This document shows, piece after piece, positions 63,076 to 64,000 of a DNA stretch of 64,000 nucleotides (positions are counted from its first letter, which is position 1; the number at the start of each line of letters is the position of its first letter). This DNA is from Lama guanicoe (taxonomy: Eukaryota), in contig MU053652.1 in NCBI GenBank assembly GCA_013239625.1, forward strand, positions 620,001 to 684,000, given 5' to 3'. The position numbers and the translations under genes were made by a program. Below the pieces are notes generated by a model, which saw only the letters and a list, made by a program, of their open reading frames with translations, was not told where the DNA came from and searched no databases.

Positions 63076-64000
63076 TCCATACGTTCATTAGTCAACCAAA
63101 GCCACGTCTAAATTTAGGAGTTTGCGTATTAATGTAAATATATATACAAATATACTTGTGTCTGTATCACCTTGGTAGCATGCTTCTGTAACTAATAAAC
63201 CAAGTTTGTGAATTCCTATAAAGAAGAAGGAAGGCACCATGCTGGAAACTGTTTCACTGGATGTTTTCATCATAGTAATTTCATTATATTAAGGGTAATG
63301 GAACTAGTCAAATTAAAGACTATACACTCATGTATATTTTTTCACATACACAGACCTGCATACATACATGCACACAGTGGTCATAAAAGTGGCATCAATT
63401 CAAAATAGTTGCTAGGAAAACCCATTCACACCCCAACAGAAAGGACAGGTGAATACTATGTTTTTATTTGAAATTAAATTTGATCACTTCTAAAGTTATA
63501 CATGCACTGGAACTTCTAGCTAAATGCTGCCTAGGTGAAAGTATAATTTAATACACAAATAAAAATCTCACACAATTGGCACAGCGAAGCCTCAGAGGAA
63601 ATAGACTCTTTAACGGTGCCTGAAAATGATTTGATTATTAGCTTTGGATCCTGTTGATCTTGTTTAATGGTGTTAATATTCTCCTTCATTAAAATCTTTA
63701 CGGTAATAGTCTGCTTCAACTCAGCTCCAATTCGAATTATCTCAGATTGTGAATTATGCAATTCTATTACACTCTGCACACATCTTTTTGAGGATGTGTA
63801 ACAGTTATTCAGGTAATGGAAAATTTCTAAGTCTAGGACTACATTTTAATTTTGATTACTCAGGGAGAAATTCAACTTGGAAAAATAAGACTTTCTAGGT
63901 ATTTGTAACTCTTTGGTGTAACACCACTTGCAAATTCAAAATACTATTGATTTTGCATTTTGATTCTCAAATCTACTGCTTGCCCAGTCTTTCCTGGTTT

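Noticed and set aside
1..64000. The ORFs of 60-156 aa in the six-frame track
   Set aside because: None resembles a protein I recognise. Many start at non-ATG codons or lie in L1, L2, LTR or MITE sequence (e.g. 11601, 19831, 24977, 46536, 53979), and their sizes are what chance gives.

Overview
Mammalian, non-coding, AT-rich genomic DNA, most likely from a camelid (alpaca/llama/camel). The evidence is four copies of a tRNA-derived SINE with the vic-1-type head (GGGAGGGTATAGCTCAGTGGTAGAG...GGTTCAATCCCCAGTACC), young L1 3' ends, an internally deleted Tigger1 and a MER41-like LTR. I recognise no protein-coding exon, tRNA, rRNA or known ncRNA. The ORF track is explained by repeats and chance. Much of the window is interspersed repeats (L1, L2, MIR, MaLR/ERVL/ERV1 LTRs, Tigger and hAT MITEs); family names come from remembered consensus sequences and most boundaries are approximate. 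Most L1s and LTRs lie on the + strand, which suggests a long intron of an unidentified minus-strand gene. The most interesting repeat-free signals are: a strong CTCF motif in a CpG- and motif-rich block at about 29.9-31 kb; a TATA box plus short first exon on the minus strand near 0.8 kb; a hammerhead-like core at 3755-3773; candidate recursive splice sites and microexons; and a MER41-like LTR with decayed tandem GAS sites. There is also a poly(A)-less, microhomology-primed L1 insertion. I found no convincing novel biological system; the candidates are hypotheses to test.
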